Of a DNA stretch of 64,000 nt, positions 46,115-54,082 are shown in pieces. A model generated the notes under the pieces. That model searched no databases. It saw only the letters and a list, made by a program, of their open reading frames with translations, and was not told where the DNA came from. Source of the DNA: Candidatus Omnitrophota bacterium (lineage in GTDB: Bacteria; Omnitrophota; Gorgyraeia; B26-G9); the NCBI GenBank assembly GCA_043826565.1, contig JBDRPX010000025.1, positions 36,966 through 100,965 of the forward strand. The letters are read 5' to 3'. The stretch's first letter is position 1. Every line of letters starts with the position of its first letter. The translations under genes and the position numbers were made by a program.

Positions 46115-47542
46115 ATGAAAAAAAAAGTTGTTTGTTTTATTATGGCCGGCGGAGAGGGGATGAGATTATGGCCAATGAGCCGTTCGCATTTTCCCAAGCA
46201 ATTACATTCTTTATTGGGTGATAGTTCTCTGCTGCAGCAGTCGATTGCCAGACTTCTAAAAACCAGTTCTCCGAAAAACATTCTCATCGGAACCCGGGAA
46301 GATCTTAATTTTTCCGTAAGGCAGCAGTGGGCAGATATGAATCTGGGGACTGAGCCATGGCTGATTTTAGAGCCGGTAAGCCGGAATACCGCACCGGCGA
46401 TTGCCTTGGCTATTCTGGCAGCTCGTGAGCGTTTTGGCGAAGATGTGATCATGGCTACGTTTGCCGCGGACCATGTGATTAAAAATAAAAAACGTTTTGA
46501 CGAATTGCTTAAGGTAGGCGTAAAAATGGCTCAACAAGGGAATATTGTTACTTTTGGGATTGTTCCGACTTATCCGGAAACAGGATACGGTTATATTAAG
46601 GCCGGCAAGAAACTGGGCAAGGATGTATTTGACGTGGCTGAATTTAAGGAAAAGCCGACTTTGAAAATTGCGGAAAAATATTTAAAAAACAACAGCTATT
46701 TATGGAATAGCGGTATGTTTGTTTTTGATACAAGTATCGTAGCCAAAGCTTTGGAAAAGCTTTCACCTCAAGTATGGAAACCTGCAGAGCGGGTGTGGGA
46801 AAAAAGAAAATCTAAAAAAAGCAGTGTAGGTTTTGATGAAAAAGCATTTAGTAAATTCCCCAAAATATCCATTGACTATGCGGTTATGGAAAAAGCCCCC
46901 AAGTTGGCAGTGATTAAAGCTGATTTTAATTGGTGTGATGTGGGCTGCTGGCGGATGGTACATGAGATTTCGCCGAAGGATAAGAATGGGAATGTGTTTT
47001 CCGGCAATATATTTAGTGTAGATACCACCGATACTTTTGTAAAATCAGACAAGCGTTTTGTGGCTACAGTGGGGCTTAAAGGAGTTGTTATTATTGATAC
47101 GCCGGATGCTTTACTTATTTCTGAAAAGGGCCGCAGCCAGGATGTCAAAGCAATCGTTGAGGAATTAAATGCCCGTAAGTCATTGCTAACTAAATTTCAT
47201 ACCACGGTATATCGTCCTTGGGGCAATTATACAGTCCTTGAAGAAGGCCCGGGATATAAGATAAAAAGAGTAGTGGTAAATCCTAAGCAGCGATTATCGC
47301 TACAGAAGCACAACCACCGTAGTGAACATTGGGTGGTTATTTCCGGAAAAGCGCGGATCATAAGTGATGATAATTCAATTTTGCTAAAAGCGAATGAAAG
47401 TATTTTTATCCGAAAGAAAGGTAAACATAGGATTATTAATCCGTTTAAGAAAGAAGTAGTGATTATTGAGGTGCAGACCGGGGCTTTGATTAATGAAGAT
47501 GATATTGTCCGATTTGATGATATTTATGACCGGGTAGTCTAA
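46115..47542 (+). CDS. manC: Bifunctional mannose-1-phosphate guanylyltransferase / mannose-6-phosphate isomerase (type II PMI; ManC/CpsB)
   Basis: The N-terminal NTP-transferase domain is FIMAGGEGMRLWPMS. The C-terminal cupin is QKHNHRSEHWVVISGKA. The ATG at 46115 is preceded by AGAGGA; the track ORF begins at 46100. Confidence 0.8.
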   Translation: MKKKVVCFIMAGGEGMRLWPMSRSHFPKQLHSLLGDSSLLQQSIARLLKTSSPKNILIGTREDLNFSVRQQWADMNLGTEPWLILEPVSRNTAPAIALAILAARERFGEDVIMATFAADHVIKNKKRFDELLKVGVKMAQQGNIVTFGIVPTYPETGYGYIKAGKKLGKDVFDVAEFKEKPTLKIAEKYLKNNSYLWNSGMFVFDTSIVAKALEKLSPQVWKPAERVWEKRKSKKSSVGFDEKAFSKFPKISIDYAVMEKAPKLAVIKADFNWCDVGCWRMVHEISPKDKNGNVFSGNIFSVDTTDTFVKSDKRFVATVGLKGVVIIDTPDALLISEKGRSQDVKAIVEELNARKSLLTKFHTTVYRPWGNYTVLEEGPGYKIKRVVVNPKQRLSLQKHNHRSEHWVVISGKARIISDDNSILLKANESIFIRKKGKHRIINPFKKEVVIIEVQTGALINEDDIVRFDDIYDRVV

Positions 47543-47555
47543 AGGAGCCGTCGGA

Positions 47556-47585
47556 CTGGCAAAAAACAAATTAATAGGGTATAAT
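47556..47585 (+). promoter_or_regulatory. Candidate sigma70 promoter (CTGGCA-18-TATAAT) driving the structured RNA
   Basis: TATAAT at 47580-47585. The -35 element is only a 4/6 match. Confidence 0.35.
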
Positions 47586-47629
47586 TATACTAAGGACAAA
47601 GTATATAGTTTTAGCAGTTTTATCCTTTT

Positions 47630-47790
47630 ACGGACAAAGGCAAACCCTGTGTGAACAGGGGGCGTCCCAAAGGTGGCAAACGTTGTTTGTGCAACCGGGA
47701 CCCCGAAGAAAAGCAGCGCTATTATAAATATATTATTCGGGGCAAAGCCGCGGGTCTAAGGAATATCTTAGATAGCCGGGTTACCGAAAG
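47630..47790 (+). ncRNA. Candidate c-di-GMP-I (GEMM) riboswitch aptamer(s), possibly tandem or with an insertion
   Basis: GC-rich island in an AT-rich genome. GGCAAACC-CUGU-GUGA(GNRA)-ACAGGGGGCGUCC, then GGGGCAAAGCCGCGGGUCUAAGG...CUUAGAUAGCCGGGUUACCGAAAG. This mirrors the Vc2 GEMM blocks GGCAAACC..GAAA..GGGACGCAAAGCC..GGCCUAAACC..GGGGUUACCGA, as I recall the consensus. An intrinsic terminator follows, and a pilin gene lies downstream. Confidence 0.45.
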
Positions 47791-47801
47791 AAAAGGAACA
47801 T

Positions 47802-47845
47802 AAGCCACTTAAGCAGTTTCTAGAAAAGGTGGCTTATTTTTTTTT
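47802..47845 (+). terminator. Rho-independent terminator (expression platform of the structured RNA)
   Basis: AAGCCAC-(loop 20 nt)-GTGGCTT followed by ATTTTTTTTT. Confidence 0.75.
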
Positions 47846-48069
47846 AATGAAGCAATGCTTTATGATGTCTGGTGACATCATAAAGGGGATGGCTGAATTA
47901 ACCCGCCCGAAAGTCCGCCTTCAATAGGGCGAGATTTCGCTAGTATTGTGGCGAACATGGCGAGGTTTAATTCGTGCAGATTACTTAGCCTCATTACATT
48001 TGCTAAGTAATGCACTTATTAAAGAAAGGAGGTGAAAGCGCGTATTGTCTATTAAATCCTTGACAATAT

Positions 48070-48098
48070 GCTAAATATCTGATATATTTTAAACAATT
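48070..48098 (+). promoter_or_regulatory. Near-consensus sigma70 promoter for the pilin gene (TTGACA-17-TATATT)
   Basis: TTGACA at 48070-48075, a 17-nt spacer, and TATATT at 48093-48098. This is 45 nt upstream of the ATG. Confidence 0.5.
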
Positions 48099-48143
48099 GA
48101 AAAACTGTTTGTATTAAATGTTTGGAAGGGAGGTGACAGGGTA

Positions 48144-48545
48144 ATGTTTAATAAAAAAGGTTTTACGTTGGTTGAACTTTTGATGGTTGTTATCATCATC
48201 GGTATTTTAGTTACACTTGCAGTTCCGAACTACTACAGATCAATAGAAAGAGCAAAAGGTGGTAAAGCAAAAGCAGCTTTAGACGGTATTAGAAAAGCTG
48301 AATTGCAGTACAGAGCGTTTAATGATACTTATACAGGGACAATTGCTGATTTGGCGGAGTATGATTTGCCGCCGGAGATTGCTGCTGGGGCAGATTCAGA
48401 TTGGGCTTATACTATCCCGACATCAACATCAACAGCACTGGGTCTTACTGCCACAAGAAGTGCTGGTCCGCATGCTACAGAAGTAATTAGTATGGATCAG
48501 GATGGTGTATTGACTTCAACAATAGGTGATTGGGGCGTCAGATAA
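48144..48545 (+). CDS. Type IV pilin / pseudopilin (prepilin-type N-terminal cleavage/methylation domain)
   Basis: MFNKKGFTLVELLMVVIIIGILVTLAVPNY has the class III signal G|FTLVE with the Glu+5. The protein is 133 aa. Confidence 0.8.
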   Translation: MFNKKGFTLVELLMVVIIIGILVTLAVPNYYRSIERAKGGKAKAALDGIRKAELQYRAFNDTYTGTIADLAEYDLPPEIAAGADSDWAYTIPTSTSTALGLTATRSAGPHATEVISMDQDGVLTSTIGDWGVR

Positions 48546-48580
48546 CCCTGATGTAGTTTAGGAGAAATATATTAAAAATG

Positions 48581-48637
48581 TGCTATCGGTTTATTCTCGA
48601 AAAAGCTTTATGGGGAAAAGCCGATAGCATTTTTTTT
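48581..48637 (+). terminator. Rho-independent terminator after the pilin gene
   Basis: TGCTATCGG-(loop)-CCGATAGCA followed by TTTTTTTT. Confidence 0.75.
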
Positions 48638-48678
48638 ATTTTATAAATGTATTTTATATAAATCTTAAGGAGGAAGTG

Positions 48679-49761
48679 ATGCGGATAATAGGTATTGCTA
48701 ATCAAAAGGGGGGGTGCGGCAAGACGACTACCGCGATTAATTTTTCAGCATGTTTGGCTCAGCTAAAAAAGAATGTATTGCTTATTGATTTAGACCCGCA
48801 GGGGCATGCGACATTAGGCCTTAATATTAAGCATGATGATTTGGAGAAAAGTATGTATAATGTTTTAACTCCGGATGCTGCTGAAAAAGTTAGGCTTGAT
48901 GAAATAATAGTACCTATTTCCAAAAACCTTGATTTAGCGCCGGCGACAATACTTTTATCCGCAATTGAACAGGAGCTCTCCGGAAAACCGGAAAGAGAAG
49001 CAAAATTATATCAGGCTATTTCTTTGATGGTTATGAAAAAAACTTATGATTTTATTATTATTGATTGCCCTCCGAGTTTAGGGATACTTACTTTTAATGC
49101 TCTGCGCGCATCAGGGGAAGTTATTGCGCCGGTGGATACGGGTTTTTTCTCAATGCAGGGAATTAGTAAATTGCTTGAAATTACTAACCTTATTAGTTCT
49201 CGAGTGAAAACCAGTATTAAGGTGAATGCTTTAATTACCATGTTTGATAAACGGACAAAGTTTTCCCAGGAAGTAAAGGAAGAGATTCACAAATATTTTA
49301 GCGGAAATGTGTTTAATACTATTATTAATAATAACGTTCGTGTGCGGGAGGCTTCCAGTTATGGGATGCCGGTAATTTCTTATGACAAAAATTGCCGGGG
49401 AGCTGTTGATTACATGGCCTTGGCAAAAGAGGTGATTAAGCCGCCGGCAAGAAACTTAATTGAAAAAATTGTTTCGCAAGCGTTTGGTCCTAAAAAAATC
49501 GAACAGGGTGTATTGTTTACCTATAGTGCTCCGGGAGCTGCTCAGGTGGAAATTGCCGGAGATTTTAATGGATGGGTTGCTGCTTCTGAAAGTAAGCTCG
49601 AAAATGTAAATGACGGAGTTTGGGCTAAAGTATATAGGTTAAACCCGGGACGTTATCGCTATAAATTCGTAGTTGACGGGCAGTGGGTTGTTGACCCCAA
49701 TAATCCGAATATTGAAACCGACGAAGTCGGCAATAGTAACTCATTATTGGAAATTAAATAA
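48679..49761 (+). CDS. ParA/MinD-family deviant Walker-A ATPase fused to a C-terminal CBM48 (AMPK-beta-type glycogen-binding) domain
   Basis: GIANQKGGCGKTTTAINFSACLA is the KGGxGKT deviant Walker A with the signature Lys. The C-terminal ~90 aa VLFTYSAPGAAQVEIAGDFNGWV...GVWAKVYRLNPGRYRYKFVVDGQWVVDPNNP match the CBM48 consensus (GxFxxW...W...L.pGxYxYKFxVDGxWxxDP). The AAGGAGG RBS is 5 nt before the ATG at 48679. Confidence 0.75.
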   Translation: MRIIGIANQKGGCGKTTTAINFSACLAQLKKNVLLIDLDPQGHATLGLNIKHDDLEKSMYNVLTPDAAEKVRLDEIIVPISKNLDLAPATILLSAIEQELSGKPEREAKLYQAISLMVMKKTYDFIIIDCPPSLGILTFNALRASGEVIAPVDTGFFSMQGISKLLEITNLISSRVKTSIKVNALITMFDKRTKFSQEVKEEIHKYFSGNVFNTIINNNVRVREASSYGMPVISYDKNCRGAVDYMALAKEVIKPPARNLIEKIVSQAFGPKKIEQGVLFTYSAPGAAQVEIAGDFNGWVAASESKLENVNDGVWAKVYRLNPGRYRYKFVVDGQWVVDPNNPNIETDEVGNSNSLLEIK

Positions 49762-49962
49762 TTTAAAATATTCTTGACTATTTAGCTTGATTAGTAATAA
49801 TATAATAAAAGGATATAAAAAGTTTGCAATATAAAGACTTTTAAGTTTATTATAGAGTACAAGCTTTACTTTATAACTTTACAACTTTAAAACTTTCAAC
49901 TTAAATATATGTGCCCTCTGGGCAGGAATCCGTGAGCTGAATATGTTTGTAAGAAGACGTCG

Positions 49963-50880
49963 ATGAGTAATTCAAAAAAATTAGGTAAAGGCTTAGAAGA
50001 TATATCGTATTTGTTTCTTTCCCCAGCAGAAGAAGATTCTCTTTCTAAAGAAAGCTTTGGTCGGCAGGAGAAAAAAACCGCCTCTATTTTAGAAACTCCG
50101 ATTAAAAGTATTTGTCTGATCGGGAACAATTCCTCTTTTCTTGATGCTTTTCTGGTCATTAATTTATCATTAGCTTTAGCCCGTTTGGGTATGCGTATTG
50201 CGGTTGTTGATATGGAGCCGGAACTGCCTTGTTTGAATTTTTTTCTGGGAAATGAATTACAAAAAGGCACTGTGGATAATTCTGAAGGTTTGGTCCGGGA
50301 GGGGCCCTTAGGCGTTAAATTGGTCAGCCTGAATAAATTTACTTTTGAGCATCTTGCGAAAAATGAGAATAGTGACAGGATTATTGAACAGCTAAGTAAA
50401 ATAGAAGAGGATGTTGACCTGATTTTGGTAAATGTAATGCAAAAGAATTTATTTGCCGCAAAGAGTGCTTTAAATGACTTGGGAACGGAATTTTTAGTGA
50501 TCTCTGCACCGGATAAAAACAGAATTCTGGATTCCTATCGAATAATAAAAACAATCTTTCAGAGTAACCCTCTTTCTAAAGTTGGTTTGGTAGTTACTGA
50601 TGTTAACCATATGTATGAAATAGACGCGGTTTATAATAAAATGTTTGGTGCAGTTAAAAAATTTTTAGATAAGGAATTATATAAATGCGGGTTTTTGTTT
50701 AAAATCAGGCAGGATGTTGATTTTAAAGCAACGATAGCATCATTTTATGATGCGGATTTAACCGCATGTATTTCCAATATAGCTCAGATTGTTTTGTTGC
50801 GGTTAAATTTGGGCGGGGATGTTATAACTAAAGGCTCATTTTTTAAAAAAATGGTCAGCGGTTTTAGTTTGCCGAGGTGA
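49963..50880 (+). CDS. Walker-A-degenerate ParA/MinD-like protein with ParB-like N-terminal LGKGL peptide (candidate partner/adaptor)
   Basis: The N-terminus MSNSKKLGKGLEDISYLF resembles the ParB/Spo0J N-terminal ParA-stimulating motif (LGRGL/LGKGI). ICLIGNNSSFLDAFLVINLSLALARLGMRIAVVDME aligns with the MinD [34 protein letters not shown], but the P-loop lysines and glycines are lost. Confidence 0.55.
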   Translation: MSNSKKLGKGLEDISYLFLSPAEEDSLSKESFGRQEKKTASILETPIKSICLIGNNSSFLDAFLVINLSLALARLGMRIAVVDMEPELPCLNFFLGNELQKGTVDNSEGLVREGPLGVKLVSLNKFTFEHLAKNENSDRIIEQLSKIEEDVDLILVNVMQKNLFAAKSALNDLGTEFLVISAPDKNRILDSYRIIKTIFQSNPLSKVGLVVTDVNHMYEIDAVYNKMFGAVKKFLDKELYKCGFLFKIRQDVDFKATIASFYDADLTACISNIAQIVLLRLNLGGDVITKGSFFKKMVSGFSLPR

Positions 50881-51567
50881 GTGATGACAACTGTTTTTCG
50901 TAAAACAGTAATCGAAAAAGAAAAACTCAGAGAAATAATACTGAAAAATCCGGAATATATTCAGCCGGATCTCAGTTTTATAGATCTTAAACTGGGTACT
51001 GAAGACGAAGGAATTATTGATTTTTTAGGAGTTGATAAAACCGCTTGTTTGAATATAGTTAACTTTAGTACCGGAGAAAATGCGGATTTGCTGATTTCGG
51101 CTTTAAGTCAGGCGCATTGGCTGAGGAAAAATGAAACTTTGGTAAAAAGACTTTTCTTTAGTGAAAATGTCGATCTAACCCAGAGTCCGGTTATAATGCT
51201 CATTGGTTCTGATTTTTCGGAAAAGTCAAAATCCGCCGCAAAACAAATTAATGGGCATTTGATAAAATTTATTCAGTTCCAATATGTGATCTCTCAAGAC
51301 CAGGATGCAATATTCTTTGAGGAAGTTTTTTGCAATAAAAAGAATTTACAGCAGGAAATTGCTGTTGAGGTCAAGGAGAAAGAATCAATAACTCAGACAA
51401 CAGTATCTCTTAAGTCTTCAGTTATTAGAAAAGAGACATTGCCGGTACCGGAGGTATCTGCGGAAGCACCTCACCCCAGGATAGAAGAAATATTGCTTTC
51501 CCCGGAAGAAATCGCCGAGTTTATGGATTTCGACAGAGTCTTAGAACGCGAAAAATCCGCTGAATAA
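50881..51567 (+). CDS. Hypothetical protein with an acidic C-terminus, translationally coupled to the upstream pseudo-ParA gene
   Basis: The start codon abuts the upstream stop (TGA GTG ATG). There is no recognisable domain. The E/D-rich tail reads EEILLSPEEIAEFMDFDRVLEREKSAE. Confidence 0.45.
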   Translation: MMTTVFRKTVIEKEKLREIILKNPEYIQPDLSFIDLKLGTEDEGIIDFLGVDKTACLNIVNFSTGENADLLISALSQAHWLRKNETLVKRLFFSENVDLTQSPVIMLIGSDFSEKSKSAAKQINGHLIKFIQFQYVISQDQDAIFFEEVFCNKKNLQQEIAVEVKEKESITQTTVSLKSSVIRKETLPVPEVSAEAPHPRIEEILLSPEEIAEFMDFDRVLEREKSAE

Positions 51568-51610
51568 AATTAGAAAAACCTGCCATATTTGCTAAGAAAG
51601 AATATCGTTT

Positions 51611-52378
51611 ATGCCAACAAAAAATCCGATAGTATTTAGAAAAATATTTTCACAATATATTCTTTCTGATAAAGAGGCACCTTTTGTTTGTGCTTTTTCA
51701 ACCCGTGTCGATAATTTTAGTTTACTCGGGATAACTAATCGCAGCGAAAGAGAGCTGGTTATCCAGGCGCGCAGGAAATTTTTTACTGCCTTTGATGCTC
51801 AATTAGAAAAGGCTGTTTTCTTGGAGCAGCCGCATAGAGCAACTGTTTTTAAAGCTAACCGGCAAGACGAGGGGCGGGGGGCATTTGCTTGGGATGCCAG
51901 TGTTCCCGGAGCGGATGCAGTTATAACAGCTATTCCCGGTCTGGCTTTAGCAATATTAACAGCAGATTGTTTGCCGATTGTTATTGCTGACCCCCTTGAA
52001 AAGGCTGTAGGAATTATCCATGCGGGCTGGAGGGGTATTTACGCGGAAATAGCAAAAAACACAGTTTCCGAAATGTGCCGGGAGTTTAATTGCCGGTTAA
52101 AAAATCTTTACGCTTATATCGGTCCGGGAATAGGTAAGTGCTGCTATGAAGTTCAGGATGATGTGGCTGATAAATTCCCCGGTTTTATTCTTAGAAATGT
52201 AAATAGAGTGTGTTTGGATCTTAGCGGGGCAGTACTTAACCAGTTGTTTGATGCGGGGATAAAAGAAACAAATATTTATAATACAGCTTTTTGTACCTGT
52301 TGCAAAAGTGATGAGTTTTTTTCTTATCGCAGAGGTGACCGGCTAAAGCGTATGATTACCGGCGTAATGATAAAGTAG
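51611..52378 (+). CDS. pgeF: YfiH/PgeF-family (DUF152) purine-nucleoside phosphorylase / peptidoglycan editing factor
   Basis: ILTADCLPIV...GIIHAGWRG...CTCC are the characteristic Cys/His motifs of the YfiH family. Confidence 0.7.
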   Translation: MPTKNPIVFRKIFSQYILSDKEAPFVCAFSTRVDNFSLLGITNRSERELVIQARRKFFTAFDAQLEKAVFLEQPHRATVFKANRQDEGRGAFAWDASVPGADAVITAIPGLALAILTADCLPIVIADPLEKAVGIIHAGWRGIYAEIAKNTVSEMCREFNCRLKNLYAYIGPGIGKCCYEVQDDVADKFPGFILRNVNRVCLDLSGAVLNQLFDAGIKETNIYNTAFCTCCKSDEFFSYRRGDRLKRMITGVMIK

Positions 52379-52453
52379 CTAATAGCTGATCGGGTTAAGT
52401 TCGAAGTTGCAATATCCAAACTATAGCGCAACCAGTGTATTCTTGAGGCTTAT

Positions 52454-52474
52454 GACTTGAGACTTGAGACTTGT
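52454..52474. repeat. Heptanucleotide tandem repeat (GACTTGA) x3 in the intergenic region
   Basis: gacttga gacttga gacttgt. The unit is the reverse complement of the NCAAGTC units inside proS. Confidence 0.75.
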
Positions 52475-52592
52475 GGCTGTGATAATTCCCTTGACATTAA
52501 ATATCAAATAATATAATATTACAGTGCTAAAATGTTTTAAGCTATAATATTTATAGCTGTAAACTTTATGCTTTTAAAATAAGGAGGGGGTC

Positions 52593-53621
52593 ATGAAAGC
52601 AAAAAAAACTGTAAAAAAATCTGCGGGTTCTGCTAAAACGACACGAGTAAAATCAACGGTGAAAAAGACTAAAACGAAGGTAACTAAAGTTTCCCGGTCA
52701 AAAATGCCGACAGATTTTAAACCGTTTCTTGATGCGCCGATTGCCGATAATTTACCGGCACTTACTAAAGGTAAACAGCAGGTTGGTGAAAGTAAGTTTT
52801 TTATTAGTCCCAGTGCTGTTGCGGTTGAGGAAAGAGAAACTTATGATTTGCCGTCCGGTTATGCGGATACGCGCATTGTTATTCAGGTAAGAGATCCGTA
52901 TTGGCTTTACGCTTATTGGGAGGTAAACCCAAATAAGTGGGATGGATTGCGTCAGGAACTGGGCGAAGCTCTGGATAGTTCAAAGCGGGTATTGCGGATA
53001 TATGATATAACCGGCGTGCAATTTAACGGAAGTAATTCTAATGGATTTTTTGATATAGATATTAACGATTTTGCGGCTAATTGGTATATTAATATCGGTA
53101 CTCCGGGGCGTGGATATTGCGTTGATCTCGGATTGATATTAGCTGACGGCAGATTTATTACAATCGCCCGGTCAAATTGTGTGACTACTCCGCTGGATGG
53201 GCCAAGTAATTTAACTGATGAGGAGTGGATGATTGTTGAAGAAGACTTTAATAAACTCTATGGATTATCGGTAGGTTTAGGTGTGGGCCTTAGCTCTGCG
53301 GATATAAGAGAACAGATCAGTGAACGGCTTAAAAAAGAAATATCCTCAGGGGCTGTATCCTCATTCGGCAGTCCGGTGAAAAAGGCCGCAAAGCGCGGTT
53401 TTTGGATGGTGGTAAATACCGAACTGATTGTTTACGGAGCTACTGAGCCTGATGCAGCTGTTACTGTGCAGGGCCGGCCGATTAAATTAAAAAAAGACGG
53501 TACGTTTAGTCTGCGTTTTGCTTTGCCGGACGGAGAACAGGTTATCCCGGTTAAGGGTGTTTCTGCGGACAAAGTTGAAGAGAGAGTTATTACGCCGATT
53601 GTAACAAGGAGAACGGTTTAG
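52593..53621 (+). CDS. DUF4912-like protein with a Lys/Thr-rich N-terminus (family frequently encoded next to GH57 alpha-glucan enzymes)
   Basis: RDPYWLYAYWEV is the motif I associate with DUF4912. The N-terminal low-complexity region is K/T-rich. This is a recalled family resemblance, not a search result. Confidence 0.4.
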   Translation: MKAKKTVKKSAGSAKTTRVKSTVKKTKTKVTKVSRSKMPTDFKPFLDAPIADNLPALTKGKQQVGESKFFISPSAVAVEERETYDLPSGYADTRIVIQVRDPYWLYAYWEVNPNKWDGLRQELGEALDSSKRVLRIYDITGVQFNGSNSNGFFDIDINDFAANWYINIGTPGRGYCVDLGLILADGRFITIARSNCVTTPLDGPSNLTDEEWMIVEEDFNKLYGLSVGLGVGLSSADIREQISERLKKEISSGAVSSFGSPVKKAAKRGFWMVVNTELIVYGATEPDAAVTVQGRPIKLKKDGTFSLRFALPDGEQVIPVKGVSADKVEERVITPIVTRRTV

Positions 53622-53650
53622 ATCCTTAAGTGAAAAATTGACTATTGTTT

Positions 53651-53690
53651 AACGCCGGAATAGATATTATCATTCCGGCGTTTTCATTTC
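53651..53690 (+). terminator. Rho-independent terminator after the DUF4912-like gene
   Basis: AACGCCGGAAT-(loop)-ATTCCGGCGTT followed by TTTCATTT. Confidence 0.7.
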
Positions 53691-53880
53691 AGGACGCAAT
53701 GATCCGCCAAGAGTACAGGAAGCACGTTTTGTGGCGGATTAATACTGAGTTCAAATCTCTTGAATTGTGAACATGAGTATGCTAATATAATACACATTAT
53801 TTGGGTTATTCTTGTTTGGTTGAAAAAATGTTCTTAACATAACTATTAGTATTAAGTTATAGTAAAACAAGAATAGCCCT

Positions 53881-54003
53881 GATTAAACCGATTAATTACT
53901 GATTACAGAGATTAAATATAATTTTTTTATAGCTGAACCGTTATAAATAATCCTTGTAATCGTTTTCTAATCTTTGTAATCAGGTTCTTTTTTAGAAAGA
54001 ACC
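53881..54003 (+). promoter_or_regulatory. Phased GATTA x4 (9-11-9 spacing) then inverted TAATC x3 (11-9) array and an 8-bp-arm hairpin, upstream of the GH57 gene
   Basis: GATTA at 53881, 53890, 53901 and 53910. TAATC at 53957, 53968 and 53977. It shares the TAATCGTTTT..TAATC..AATCAGGT string with the rmlA upstream region. The hairpin is GGTTCTTT-TTTAG-AAAGAACC at 53983-54003. Confidence 0.4.
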
Positions 54004-54082
54004 CATTATTTACCGTCCGGATATTTAACTTAAACGCTCCGGATAAGTGTCTATAACGTATTAATGAAAATAGGGGAAAAAG

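Noticed and set aside
47556-47845. The GC-rich structured RNA as SRP RNA (ffs), 6S RNA, RNase P RNA or tmRNA
   Set aside because: A weak resemblance of GGGACCCCGAAGAAAAGCAGC to the SRP domain IV motif was noted. The conserved GGUCCGGAAGGAAGCAGC is not present, and no RNase P or tmRNA signature blocks are seen. The GEMM blocks fit better and the pilin context supports that call. An unclassified sRNA remains possible.
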